Part shown: piece by piece, positions 25,325 through 38,634 of the stretch
Numbering within the stretch: position 1 is the first letter of the stretch
How the letters are laid out: the number at the start of each line of letters is the position of its first letter
Assembly: GCF_000497125.1 (NCBI RefSeq)
Contig: NC_090602.1
Location: forward strand, 62,001 to 126,000
Reading direction: 5' to 3'
From: Spironucleus salmonicida
Taxonomy: Eukaryota
Length of the DNA: 64,000 bases
Notes under the pieces: generated by a model
The model's database searches: none
Told to the model about the DNA's origin: nothing
What the model saw: the letters and a program-made list of their open reading frames with translations, nothing else
Program-made: the position numbers and the translations under genes

Positions 25325-27748
25325 TCACTTTAAAAGACTTCCCTCTTCAAAGATCTTGACGAAGTTATTTTATTGTTCCTAAAGAGCACCTTATAATTAT
25401 TTAAATTAATGCATAGTCCTTAAATTAGTAGCTTAAGCAGCATTTGCTTTATTTTATAAATCTTATATCTGCTTATTTTATTCATTTATTACTAACTCCT
25501 TTTCTTAAATAAACTACTATAGTTAGTCTTTCTCCTAAAGTAAAAGATCAGAGATTTATTGTGAGTTATCTTATTTTGAGATAAACTCTTCCAAATCTTA
25601 AACAATGTCTTCTGAGTAAGGAACTTATAATAACTATTTAAATTAATCAACAATATTTTTGTAATGTTTTAAAGATTCTACAAACTTGTCCTTTTATTCC
25701 ATAAATTAATTATTTCTATGTTCAAGCACTGCACATTTATCTTGCAACTAAAGTTATCTTTCTCTTTGAGCAAAGTTTTTTTCTTTTTCCTTTTACAATT
25801 CTTAATCAATCGAAGATATTTCCTCTTACAAGTTGCAGTATAAATCTTAGATTATATCTTTTTCCTTAGATAAATCATTGATTTACTTATCTTTATATGT
25901 TACTATTTTGTCTAATTCCTACTAAAAAGTATTTCTTTCTCCTAATAATGCAGCATGTTCATTCTTTATTTATAATAATTATTAAATAGTGTTATCATTA
26001 GGTCCCAAGTCAAATATTTCATTAATCCGTGCTTGTTACATATTTGCTTCTGCTAAATGCATTTAAAGCTTATTATAATCATCTTTAAACTTACTACATG
26101 TTGAAGTAGATAAATCATTCTACTTTTTGTAGTCAGTTAATTATCTCTAAAGAATATCATTCTCTTATTATATATCATTGATTTAATTTGTCAATGTTTT
26201 ATTAACAAGTTCAAATCGCTTAGATCCTTCTTTAATCATTTTATTTTCACCTAATACCTAATCAATTTCTTTTGGTGATAAGATAGAATGATTTGTAGTA
26301 AGATCATTTAAGTAATTAAAAATTCTTTTACCTGCTTCCTCGATGCTAACCTCTTAAATAGGTGCTTTATTTAGAATACCAGCAAATTTTGCAATAATTT
26401 CATTAAAGAAAGCAATTAAATTTACATCATCATCAAGTATAGAGTTTTCTACCTATTAATTTATTTTCATAAGCTATCTTTTAGTTTTGGTGAGGTCGTC
26501 TTTTAGTTCTACACATGATTGACATTATTAAACTACCGACTATGCTGAAGATAACTATACTCCATTCGACGATGCATTTTGATACTACACATTACTAGAT
26601 GATTATTAGTTATACTATGGCGATTATTAATAAATAGATTTATTAGGTCTTGGACTTTGTTTATTATCTTCCAGCTATGCTTAGAAAAATTACTTATTCT
26701 CTTATGGTATTTAACTTGAGTTGAGCATGCTTTCTCTAACCGATAATCTAGGTTATAATTTTTCAACTTCTCTATAGTTTTACCCAAAAGAGTTTTAGAT
26801 CTCTTATTCATAAGGAATAAGAACCTATACACACTCGTGATGCTAGTTACTAAACGCAAACATTAACGCTGTTGTTCCTTTTGGAATTTATTAGCTTTAA
26901 ATAGTAGTTTAAAATCCTTTTTCATACTGCATTAATTCTCTCACAATTTGAACATGTCCCTTTTTAGCTGCTAACATTAGTGCAGAAACTCCTTAAAAAT
27001 TAGTAAGCCTAATTTCAGATTCTCTCAATAATTAAACTACGTCAAGATTACCTAATTCTGCAGCAAGCATCATTGCAGTATTTCCTCTTTAAAGGTCATT
27101 CTCGCGCGAATTTATCTAGATTTAAAATTCACAAGAAATAATATTTGCATAACGGAAAAATTCTTGGTTATTGGCTTCTGATGCTAGCATTAAAGCTGTC
27201 TTTCCTAAATTATCAAACTATTTACCTAATTAGTTATACATTTCTTAAAACTAACTTTCTGATAAGTTAAACGTATTTGCTAATGCAAGGTAATGTAGAG
27301 ATGTACGGCCAATAGAATCGGGCCCATTTATTGAGAAATTTCCTTAGAAAGCTAAAATATAACCATTATGTTCTTCCGAAAGTATTTCCACTAATTAATC
27401 ATTTCTTAACTACATTGCAAGTTATAACGGTGAAGTATTACTGGGTACACTTTTCCATGATGATTTAGTCTGAATAGATTTCTCATATGGTGAAAGCAAT
27501 TTTGTCAATTATACGTTGCTATTAAATATAGCGGTATGTAAAGCAGTCCAACCATAAAAATTTTATTTTCCACGCTCGGATGCTATAAGAAGTTTTGCAG
27601 CAGCTGATTAGTTATTTTCAACTGCATATATTAATGCTGTAGATTTAGGAAACTATTAGTCTTACTTAGTCTAATGGGATTACTTATTTTATAATAAGAA
27701 AGCACAATCACCTGATTTGGCTGCTTAAAACCATTAGTTCAGAGTCAT
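25325..27748 (-). CDS. Ankyrin-repeat + coiled-coil protein (diplomonad Protein 21.1-like)
   Basis: WFQAAKSGD start; repeats TALIYA, GWTALHTA, GRTSLHYL, GKTALMLA, GNTAMMLA, SALMLAAKKGH; long coiled coil. Confidence 0.85.
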
Positions 27749-27858
27749 TTTGGAATGCTTTTGGCGCTTTCTAAAATTTGCATTATTATATTATAGTAAT
27801 ATATATTATTTTCTACATATTTATTGTCTGAATATATAATAATTATATTTATATAAAA

Positions 27859-27975
27859 ATGATGATTTCATATACAAAATTCAATCTATCGTTGGCATTT
27901 TTACTAGCAATCGCAACCATTTCCGTATGGTTTTGGACAGGTAATAGCCCATAAAATACTAGAAAACAAGAGTGA
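27859..27975 (+). CDS. 38-aa single-TM micro-protein, OST4-like
   Basis: MMISYTKFNLSLAFLLAIATISVWFWTGNSPQNTRKQE*; AT-rich upstream tract and AGTGA end. Confidence 0.5.
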
Positions 27976-27985
27976 ACTGACCGTT

Positions 27986-28546
27986 TCATATCATTTTATA
28001 AAATTGCTAAAATTCTTCTTTTATATCTTCAATCTCACCATTATTAGCAGGTTTTGGCCCCATCATCGTCATATCTAACTGCTTTTTTCGATTTTCATAA
28101 GTAATATGTCGTCTGTAGTCTTCGTCATATACTTCATAGTCAGTCTCCATTTTTTGAAAAACACGTGCATAAAACTCCTTAGGGTTTACATCAATCTAGT
28201 ATACATCAACAGCATTTTATGAAAATTAGCTTTTTGTCTTAACATCTAGAAATCCCATATTAGCATTCGAATAAACTCGGAACTATTCTCTAATAAACTT
28301 TTTCATCATATCAATCGATTTATCTGCATTTTGAACAGCAGTTTTAATAGTGCGTCGCCGGTGTTCCTGCTACCTGGTATACATTACCTATTTGAACTGA
28401 TTGTAGCGGATTTCGTTTTTCACGAAAACGACATCAGCGTTCTACGCAGATGGAGTGTTCTTAAATTGCTAGTTTTTAAGAATTTCTGTTTTCGCTGATA
28501 ATGGAATCGAATTGAAGAGTGTTTTGAGACGCTTAGGCGGGTTCAT
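27986..28546 (-). CDS. Hypothetical protein (186 aa)
   Basis: Fully translated code-6 ORF MNPPKRLK...FYKMI*. Confidence 0.65.
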
Positions 28547-29044
28547 TTTTGGATAGAAATTATATATGATAAAAATAGGTTATTGTGGTGAAAAATTCGT
28601 TAAATAAAAAAGTAAATTTATCCATAATATATAATAATACTACGTATAGTAGATACGGAATAAAAATACCAGTTACTAAAGTATTGCTTATTATTTAATA
28701 ATTTAGTGTTATTAGTTGTTGAAATATAAATCATAATATATATCAACTATATAAAATAGATTTTAATAAAGTGACTATGGAAGGATTTTAAAGAAAAACA
28801 AAGGGTAAATTAGTTGTATTAAAAGATTAGTGTAAACTGGTTGTATTATTTATAGAAAATTAAAACTAATAGAACAAGTAAAAGAGAAACAAACTAAGCC
28901 AATGAAACTTAAATTACATAATAATAAATATCAGATAGACACGTTACCAGGATCATATGTTTGCTAATAGTTATCAGTCTAGCATATTCATACGGTGCTT
29001 TAAGCAAATGATTTTGTTAATATAATAATAACTTTACCCATCAC

Positions 29045-29446
29045 TCAATCTTACCATTATTTGTCAAGCCTTCTTGTCTTATTGCTTAATCCTGTATACT
29101 CTTAACCATAAAAGTTAAGTTGAGTGTCACAAGCAAGAGATGGGGTGAAGTTAGAATGTAGACTTTTTGTTCTTGGTTATTGCATATCCTAACAGTTCCC
29201 TAACTTGCAGTTCTCACATTTTGATTCATGCTCTAAGTACGTTTCATATTCTCTTGAGTTGAAGTTCAATATAGAAAGAATAGTCCCGTCTTATACTTCA
29301 ATCTCAAGTTCCCCATTTTCAAGTTGGTAAACCTTGATATTTTGAAGTATGCCTATTTATTGTTGATATTTATTTGTTGTTTTAGATATACTGATAATAG
29401 ATCGAACCTGCTTATCAGAAGGAGCTATAATTATTGGTTTCCCCAT
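29045..29446 (-). CDS. Hypothetical protein (133 aa) with CxxCxxxxC motif
   Basis: Fully translated ORF MGKPIIIAP...KQWQD*; stop lies in TGAGTGA. Confidence 0.55.
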
Positions 29447-29504
29447 TAATAGTCTATTGACAACTTACTCTACTATATATTATATATTTATGATTCATAT
29501 ACAA

Positions 29505-29732
29505 ATGAAAAAATCTGTATAAGAAGATCGTGTTCATGTTGATTTAAAGGAAGTTGGAAGAATAAAATAAGAAGATAACTAGATTTAATCTAAAATTATA
29601 TCAAACGATATAGCTGGAGCTAAATTGATTACATTTCTGGTTTCCAATGATATCGCAATTAACCTAAATGAAGACACCGCAAGATATTTATTGGATAACT
29701 CTAAATAGTTTAGTACTGGGAATGATAAGTGA
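29505..29732 (+). CDS. Small hypothetical protein (75 aa)
   Basis: MKKSVQEDRVH...GNDK*, AGTGA end. Confidence 0.5.
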
Positions 29733-29768
29733 ATTTTATATAAAAATACTTTTCACTTCCATTTAAAA

Positions 29769-30659
29769 ATGAACCCACTCACTTCAATATATCCACAAGC
29801 AGAAGATCAGTTGTAAATAGAGATCTAAACTTACTTGAGTTATATTAGTTTAACTTCTAGTGAAATTAAAGCATATAATACCTCATTTGAGACACTTAAA
29901 AAATGTATCATCAAATTTTATTCTGCATCGCGTGTCTTCCTAACTGGTTCTTTAGCTTCTAATTTAGCTTTTTATGGAGCAGATTTGGACTTTACTGTTA
30001 CAAATATTAAAATTGGTGACGTGTATAAGGCCTTAAAGAACGAAACGATGTGCGAGTTTATTAATTGCTCTCATCCTATTGTCAAAGGAACAATACATAA
30101 TATTAAATTTGATGTTTCTCATTCAGGAATATAAGTACTTAATGATGTAGAAAATAACAAAAATTTACCTATCTTGATTAAAAATTTAATTCAGATTTTA
30201 AGATAAATTATGCGCAGTTAAAGCATTGATAAATTAAGGGAAGGTGGTATGAGTAGTTATTTACTAATTTAATTAATAAAAGCCTTTATTTCAGAAAAGC
30301 AATAGTCTGAAGACTTATCTACGTTGTTAAAAAAATTCCTTAAATTTTATGGATGTAAATTTGACTGCAAAGTGCAGTAAATATAAGATGGTAGAATATA
30401 AGATAGGAACTATATTTTTTAACCACTAAAATAATTTCCTGAACGCAGAGCTCCAGATATCGTAATAATAGTCGGAAAAATAGAAATCGGTGGATCTATC
30501 ACTAATTGGGATAAAATTTAATAAACATTCAAAACATGTTATAATAATTTAAAAATAAAAAGCGGAAATATATTATCATCAATTATCACTATAGATTAAG
30601 ATGCAGAGGACTTACGTTCCAAAATGCAAAAAAGTGGTAGTAAAGAAGACGAAAAATGA
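29769..30659 (+). CDS. Non-canonical poly(A) polymerase / TRF4-Cid1-like nucleotidyltransferase
   Basis: LTGSLASNLAFYGADLDF (GS-x-DxD), FDVS, GGMSSYLL, FLKFYG. Confidence 0.8.
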
Positions 30660-30721
30660 CAAAGTATTATTTCTATGTTAATTATATGTAAGTATAATAT
30701 TTATTCCATATTTTCCTCTAA

Positions 30722-31282
30722 ATGTCTGATTAATTCTTTCTAGGAAATTTCTTTTTTAACTAGACTCACATAACATCAGGAGTGACTATTTTGCTCCTCC
30801 TACTATCACTCTTTCCATCAATGTTTTAAGTATCTTCTTTACTACTTTTAATTCCAGGATAAGGTTTCTCATACCGTGTTTTCACCGCACTTTTTACATG
30901 CAACCACCCAGATACACTTATGTTATCAGTATTTATGTTATATCTAGGGAGAGCGTTTGAATTCCACCGTGGATTGCTTGCAACTCTGGCACTGCTTGTT
31001 GTAAGCATTTTCACAGCAGTTGGGATCAGTTTTGTTTCTTATTTTGGAGGTGAATTCGTGGTTCAATACACAATGATAGTACCTGCTGCTTTTGCATCAG
31101 CAGCATTGTTTCATACTGAGTCAACATGGTCTGGTGCATACAAATTATAAGAGAAAACTGGCTTGGTTGTATTGCTTATTTTGGCCCTGACAAATAGATT
31201 CTAGCTCTAAGGAGCAGTTTTTGTGGCCCTGGGAATTCTGGTCGGTGGAATAGTGGGATGCCTTGGCAGAGTTATAAAATGA
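30722..31282 (+). CDS. Multi-pass membrane protein, rhomboid-like superfamily (tentative)
   Basis: About six hydrophobic segments; YRVFTALF and LGRAFE resemble rhomboid/Derlin motifs; no catalytic GxSG seen. Confidence 0.5.
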
Positions 31283-31292
31283 TAATTGTTTT

Positions 31293-32159
31293 TCACTTCT
31301 TTTGTTCAAATCTGACTTCCTGGCAGAAAATATCAAGGGTCATATTAAAAAGCTTCTGAGAAGATTCACATAAAAGTTCGAGGAAAGGAATAGCTGGGCC
31401 AGAATAGCGGAGTGGGAATGCTCTTTTTAAAATGGTAGCTGTCTTAGGAAGTGGCTCAATGGTGTTTAAATGTCTATATTGACGGAAAAACTACAATTTG
31501 AGCTACTCTTCCATCATCTTAACATTTCTTTTCTCAAATAATGGTGTAAGTATTTTGGCCAGGGAATCATCATCATTATTATCCAAAAGGTTGGCATTTC
31601 CCTTAACTAATTTTATCATCTTTTTGGCAGCTACTATTCTAGATTTCTAGTAAATATCCATTTTTTACAACTTTCTAAAACCATATTCGGCATCCATATC
31701 ACGCAAGAAGTGTGTTAAACAGCTTACAACAGTATTGATGCTAGTTTCCTCAATGCTACTTAATGTTTCATCTACCAGATTGATAATTGCCGATACCAGA
31801 ACAGCTTCTCTTTCATCAAAGTTAATTTTGCCAAGCAGTTTAACTGGGCACTCTGGTCCAAAGAAATCTCCGAAGTCACGATTTCCACTATCATAGTGAA
31901 TCTATTTGAAAACTTATATAGTATTATAAAGCATGATGCAGTGATTTTTATTGAGTTAATCGTGTAAAGGATCAATTAAAACGGAAATCTAAGCATTCAA
32001 AATATTTTTTTAAGGGACTGTTTCAACGTTAACACGCTCCATAGGTATACGCTGTGTCTTATTACAAGCACCAGTGGCTTAAATTCCAGAAGTTCTAAAT
32101 CTATTTTCACGTAAGTCATCTTCGAGGGTTCTACGGGTCTATGTGCCAGGAGACTGCAT
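31293..32159 (-). CDS. Hypothetical protein (288 aa)
   Basis: Fully translated code-6 ORF ending AAG-TGA. Confidence 0.7.
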
Positions 32160-32220
32160 TAATTATTGCGGAATGAGAAAAAGAATTTAATTATAGTATT
32201 ATATAATATTGTTAAAAATA

Positions 32221-32646
32221 TCATTCTGATATGACATAGTTTTTAGCTTACCATTTCTCATTTAAGTCTTCTATAGTAGCTTTTATGTCATTATCTTAAT
32301 CAATAAGTGATTTTTAACTGAATTCTTCTTGAATTTCTTCTGCTCTTTTCAAATATTTATAAAAATGATTTTCTACTTGAACAGTAACGAGCTCCTTAGC
32401 TAGTAACTCATTCTTTTACTAAACTTCTGATTCATCTAATAACTAAGTTTTAAGTTATGATGATGTCATTTCTAATTCATCATTTTCCATTTATAATTGA
32501 TTTATTTGTATATATGCATCCTATAGCTGATCTGTTAGCTAAACATTCATCTTAATTAAATCATTATTTTACTCGATTATTTATAATACTTCTTCCTCTT
32601 TCATTAGTGAATGTAAAACTAACAACATCTAATGAATATTATACAT
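32221..32646 (-). CDS. Hypothetical acidic coiled-coil protein (141 aa)
   Basis: ATG and TGA share a frame; E/Q-rich. Confidence 0.5.
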
Positions 32647-32719
32647 AAACTTGTAAAGTAAGTATTAAAACAATTAATAAAAATATTAATATTATATAGT
32701 ATCAATATATTAAACACTA

Positions 32720-33553
32720 TCAGTCAAATAACTTTCCAAACTCCATAAACCAATCTAGAACACTAATTTCTAAATCTATACCTCTATACACACCACTTTT
32801 ATTATCCCAATCTCTTCGCGAGCTTTTTTAACTATCCTCTGTTGAACTTCCGTCAAATTCTACTCGTTATTCGACGGATCCTCTTCTTTCATATTTAAAT
32901 TATTTCCTAACTTTATCTATCTCAAATCCATATCTTTTAGCAACCATTTCGTGACTCTCTTTTAATTTTTAATCCAACTTGCTTTATGGCATAGCCAAAT
33001 CTTAGATCTTCCTGACAAATTTGAGATCTAAGTTTCCACACATTTGGAAGTCTTAATCGTCATCATTTTCACTTATATCAATGCTATTATTCTAATGATG
33101 AAATTATTATAATTCTGACATCGAAACTTCAGCATCAACTGAAATTTTACTTTCAATCCCAACTCCAGTGACTACAACCATTTTTCTTTCGAATTCTGAG
33201 CTAATAGTGATACTACCTCTGAATTCGCCAGGTTCTGGTGCAATTCCAACTCTGACTCTAAAGAGTTCGCCTTTTTTTTCAATATTTAAATCTACACCTC
33301 TACCTCTGATTTCGAACTTTTTACTAAATTTACTACCAACTCTCATAGTTATATAAATAAACTTCAGAGACTTAACATTTGACGGTACTCTTCCAAAATT
33401 TAAACATGGTGTGGATAACAGTAAACCAGATTATTTTTAAGTTAAAATTAACTTTAAAAGCTATGGTAATGGTGTCTCTATGTAGCCTGGCAGTGTTTTC
33501 AAATACTTAGCCTATGACATTGAATCTAATTTTGGTAGTTAAGGAAGTGACAT
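32720..33553 (-). CDS. Protein with ASH/PapD-like Ig-fold segment (possible ciliary protein)
   Basis: LNFGRVP...GEFRGSITISSE...VVVTG pattern typical of ASH-type domains. Confidence 0.5.
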
Positions 33554-33611
33554 TTTGTGAATAATTTTTACATCTAACTATACTACTATATAATAATCGA
33601 ATTAAAACATT

Positions 33612-33998
33612 TCACTGAATATGCCTAACTTCGCTTTCGTTCTTCCAATTTTCTGTGAGCACAAAATCATAGCCTTTCAGAGCTAAGTCTTTCTTCCACT
33701 GCGCATAGTCTGCTTTGTACAGTGCTTTTAATTTTGAATTTCTATCTTTTATTGCTGTTTCATATACAGCGTAGTTCACAAGGCCAGCTTCTGATAAAAC
33801 TTAATCTTACTTGACATTTTTGGTAAGCAATTCTGCACGCAGAGAAGTAAAAATTTACTCTTCAATATTCTAACGTGCAAAATCAGATTTTTGTTCCCAT
33901 TCAATTCTACGTTTTATAGATTCTGGAAGTTTAGGATGGCGATCAATATGCATGTCAAAGTTGTTATGCATGCAATGTTGATATACTTTATTCGACAT
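33612..33998 (-). CDS. Small protein resembling the CFAP141-type axonemal family
   Basis: C-terminal RNSKLKALYKADYAQWKKDLALKGY; AGTGA end. Family call is tentative. Confidence 0.45.
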
Positions 33999-34077
33999 TT
34001 AATAATGCGGACAGAACGTAAACACTTAATTATGTATAATATTATGTATCTTTTATTTTTACCACTTTAATATTGTA

Positions 34078-34392
34078 ATGCCGAAGGAATTGCGTAAGGT
34101 TATAATTGAGCACAATAAGATGAAGAAGGGTAAGCATTTAACCATTATTAAGAATATTAACTAAAAGTATTCAGGAATCAAGATTGCGAATGCAATGGGT
34201 AAAGATTTGAAAGTTAGAGCCTTTGAGCTTAAGGAGGAGTAGGATGACCCTTTTTCAATATGTATCGGATCAATAGATATGAACGAAGAAGTATGTGGAT
34301 GGTTATTATCAAACAGAATTGTAAAAGACCCTGCATAGTTTATATTTAATAATATTACTATGAAGTCGGCAAAAGATGCTTGTCATTTCTGA
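34078..34392 (+). CDS. SUI1/eIF1-family protein (divergent)
   Basis: 104 aa; VIIEHNKMKKGKHLTIIKNI...IKIANAMGKDLKV...VCGWLL aligns by eye to the SUI1 pattern. Confidence 0.7.
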
Positions 34393-34428
34393 TTATTATA
34401 TTATATTTATTATTAATTTTTATAAATT

Positions 34429-35004
34429 ATGTCAGGTTAATCTAGTTGGTAGAAAAAATATAACGGGGCTTAATAAGGCTAGCAGTAATAATAATTATAA
34501 TCAAACAATTAATTTAATAAGAACAAACAGTAATAATCTTTCGGTATACCATCATAAAACATATAAAAATTACCTGGAGTTGGGAATTATTAAAATTAGT
34601 AGAATAATTAGCAATAATCACGATATAATGGCAATGTAACATCATAGTAATAGAAACCTTAACAGTAGTGGCTTGGCTAGTAAAATTATGTCAATAATAC
34701 ATCAAATTAGAGATTCTAAGCTCCTAAACCGTAAATACCTGAATAGGTTAGTGTTTTTAAAAATGCACAGTAACTATCTTAATAGATAAACACCTTTGGA
34801 ATATAAAATTAATTCAATTAAGTAGTTTAATCTAATTAGCCTCAAGTGTTATACTAATAAACGGTAAAGGCAGAAATTTCTTCTGGGACTCTCGATGACA
34901 ATGATTTTGATATGAAAGTGAGGCAAGCTGATTAAGACTACTAGTAATGGGTTGATGGTTAAAAGTAACTTGATTGTAACTTTATCCTTAGAGTATTTAT
35001 ATGA
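34429..35004 (+). CDS. Q/N-rich low-complexity protein (191 aa)
   Basis: About 50 Gln, mostly TAA/TAG; short acidic C-terminal segment. Confidence 0.65.
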
Positions 35005-35053
35005 TTCTAAGTTTTATATTATTTTATTATATCTATATTAAGTATCTTCAAAA

Positions 35054-37090
35054 ATGGATAATTCAATAATAAATATCAAAACTTTATAATCTGTTATTTT
35101 TAATAGAGTAGAAGCATTTAATATATAGATAACATAATATGATTAATATACAAATGTGGATCATGCTATTCAGATACTAGACTAGTTTTTAAATTAGAAC
35201 AATGATGCTACTTTATTATTGGAGTCAGTTTTATCTTTATATAAAAAAGATAAGTAAATACTAATCAAAATATTTAGTTTAATTTAATGCTATTTAAAAA
35301 ACTTTGCTATAAGTTTGGATGATTTACCTGAGCTGATTTATTAACTGATTTTAGTTACATAACGATAGTAAAATATTACAGACGACGAAATTATTATTAT
35401 TTAATATCTGTAGAAATATTTTAATCTAGATTCTAAGGAATAAATAATATCTACTATTATAAATTTATAGACTTAATATAATCAGGAATAAGCTATTATA
35501 AGTTAGAATTAACAAATTGTATAATAATTATACCACTAATTAGAGTAATTTGATACAAATTATAACTAACTATAAGACAAATATAATTAAAAGCTTGATT
35601 TGGAAAATCTTTATAATTAATTATCACTAGAATATGCTGAAAAAATAAATCTATCTAATATTCTATCAGAGGAATTAAAAAATACATAATTAGTAGTGCG
35701 AGATCTTAATTCTAATAATATTTCTTTATCAGAACAGCTAGCTGTAAAACCAATTCAGTAATTAGAGAAAGACTACACTCTACTTCAAAAATAACTTAAA
35801 ATTAGTTCAAGAAATCTTAAAATTTATAAATTAAGATAAGTTCAGTATATAGCGGACATTAATTTGTTCAAAGAAAAAATTGTATAAATTTAGTTAGAAT
35901 TATTGGAATTTAAAAAGGACATAAATAGTAAAAACAATATATAGTTTGATCAATAATAAGCAGTTGTAAACTAATTTATATAATAGTTTTAAGTCTTATA
36001 TGAACAAAATCTAAGTCTTAAATAATTATCAAATGATTAAAATTAGTAGATACAGATAATTTAAGAGTAATTATAAATTAAGGTACGTGAATCAGATTTA
36101 CAGAAAACTAATATTTAACGAGCAGAATGGAAATAAAAAGAATTATAATAATAAATTTAATTATTAGATTTAGACAATGAATAATTTCTTGAATAGATAG
36201 CTTTGTTATCATCAGAATCAACTAAATTTAGAAAAGAAAATAATTAACTTATATAAATTTAGTAGCAATAAACATAACAAGTATAACAATTTAAAGAATA
36301 ATCAGACATCAATCAATAAAAATTATAGAACTATGATTAAATGAAATTAGATTTAGACAAAATTATTTATACTAATGAGTTAAGTTTATAGACTATAACA
36401 TAAGTATAACAAGAAAATACCTTGTTAAAAGAATTAACTATATAACAATAAGATTCTCAAGCTAAATCGTAAAAAATTATTAAAGATTTTAACATTAAAA
36501 TGTAGACATTATAAAAAGAATTTAATGATCTTAAAACAAATAAAGATTCATCATTATAATAATTTTGTTCACATTTTAAGATAAAAGAAGGCGAAGTTTA
36601 TGAAAATTATTAACTATTAAAATAGAAATGCCTTTAGTAAAGAAATAATATTATTAGCTTGGAAATATAAAACTGTAATATTTCTGGAGACAAAATTGCT
36701 GATTTGTAAAATAATATTCACTGTAATAAGGTGATTTAAACAGATGCAGATATGGTATTTAATCTTGAAAAAATTCACGAAGACATATCAATGAAAGATA
36801 TGTAAATACAATAGTAAAACCTTCATATCAACGAGCTATAAGACTAAATAAAATTATATTATAATGATATATAAAGTCTTAAAGATGAAATGAAATTTAA
36901 ATATTAGTAATATTAATAAAAATTAAGCAAATTTGAAGAAAAATAGAAGGATCTTCAAATTAAGTCTTAATTAGAAAAAATTATTGAATTAGAAAAACTT
37001 CATTAATATTGGGAAAAAAGAGCAAGAATGCTAGAAAAACCAAAAGCAATTTCGTAAAGTATTGTAAATAAAACACTTGTTAAATAGTGA
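35054..37090 (+). CDS. Long coiled-coil protein
   Basis: ~678 aa of Q/E/K/L-rich heptads; AGTGA end. Confidence 0.65.
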
Positions 37091-37125
37091 AATTTGATTA
37101 TTATTATAAAATTTATCTAATATAA

Positions 37126-38592
37126 TCATACATTAAAATACTTTTTAAGAGCATCACCCATATCAATATCCTAAATAAGAACTTAATCATTAATTAATTA
37201 ACTAGATATAGTTTAAATTATACATTAAAATCGTTGCAAAATCTTTAACTAATTGAATACCTAAATTTCAGGTGAGAAACTCCAATTTAAGTTTATTTCA
37301 TTATTTCTTAGATAAATATTTAAAATGATCTTATCTTTTCTCACCTAATGTTTGCTTGAATTCAACATAATAAAATCTTAAATGTAGCTATTAGATTAAA
37401 TATCTCCATAGTATATAGTTAAGTCATTTGATAATTAGTCTAAAGTAGTATTATTTTTACTCTTAACATCTTCTAATAATGTAATAAATAATTGATTATT
37501 TTCATAGATACATTAATTTTAATGTTGTTGACTTAGGCTCTATACAGTTAATAAAAATTTAGATCTTAACTCTGATAATTAGCAGTATATAACTAATGGA
37601 ATAAATTAATTATTGACTAATTCTGTAGTTGCTAAAATAATATTTTCTTCAAAGTCTGCTTAAAATTCACATTCTTTTGACATGAAGTTAATGGCTTATA
37701 AAAAAACTAATAAGGATATTTAGTTAGCTTTGCAAAATTATTATAACTTTATTGAGATTTCATCACATAGTATTATTCTCTATAATTAGTATTACATTGT
37801 ATTTGATTGTTGAAGTGGAACATCAATTGTAATTTTTTATTACTAAATAAACGTTTCAATAGGTATAATCTCTTATTATAATATCTCTTATTTTTTAATA
37901 AATCTGGCTGTTAATAATTTTGCTTGATTTTTTTGAAATTGCAAATTCTACAAAATGTTTGGTACTATAGGTGGAATTAAAAAATTACGATGAGGATTTT
38001 TAAGAATTTCAGTAAAGAAATAAGGAAGGTTTAATAAATAATCCATTCTACCTACAGCTTCGTTAAGTACAAATACATAGTTTGTAATAGTATCTCTTCT
38101 AGTAAAAAATAACTATATACAATAAGAATTCGTCTTCTGGTAACTTAATTCTGAGCATATTTATAAAAATGTAAGAATACCTTCATTAGCAGTCGAAACA
38201 GATAATTCATATGCTAGTAGCGGTGTTTTCAAAGAGATAAATTTCTTTTAATATACTTTTGTAGCCAATAATGGAATTTTCCTTTGTAATTATTGGAAAG
38301 CTACATTAATTTAAAGATATTAGAATAATTTAGTTTTAAAGCCAATAATTATTCTATCTTTTGACTGACATAATTAATAATCTGTAAGATGCTAGCAAAA
38401 TTACTATTTTAGTGTTTTCTATGGTCCTCTAAGCTTGGGAATATTTTACAAATTTGGTAATATATTAGATTCCTTCTATTTACTAGTAATGATATAGTCT
38501 TAATCTCTTATAATGTCTAAATCTTTATGTTATTACTGAGGTTCAACGTTAATAGTTTAAAAATTTAGGTCTAGGCCTTAAATTTAATTCAT
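37126..38592 (-). CDS. Hypothetical protein (~488 aa)
   Basis: ATG and TGA share a frame. Confidence 0.5.
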
Positions 38593-38634
38593 TTATCACC
38601 TATATAAATACATATAAAATATTATTATTTTTAT

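Noticed and set aside
29030-29150. Long imperfect hairpin and nearby CCCTAAC (telomerase- or RNase MRP-like RNA)
   Set aside because: It lies within a clean 133-aa minus-strand ORF with a normal end signal. P4 pairing and a full template could not be built.
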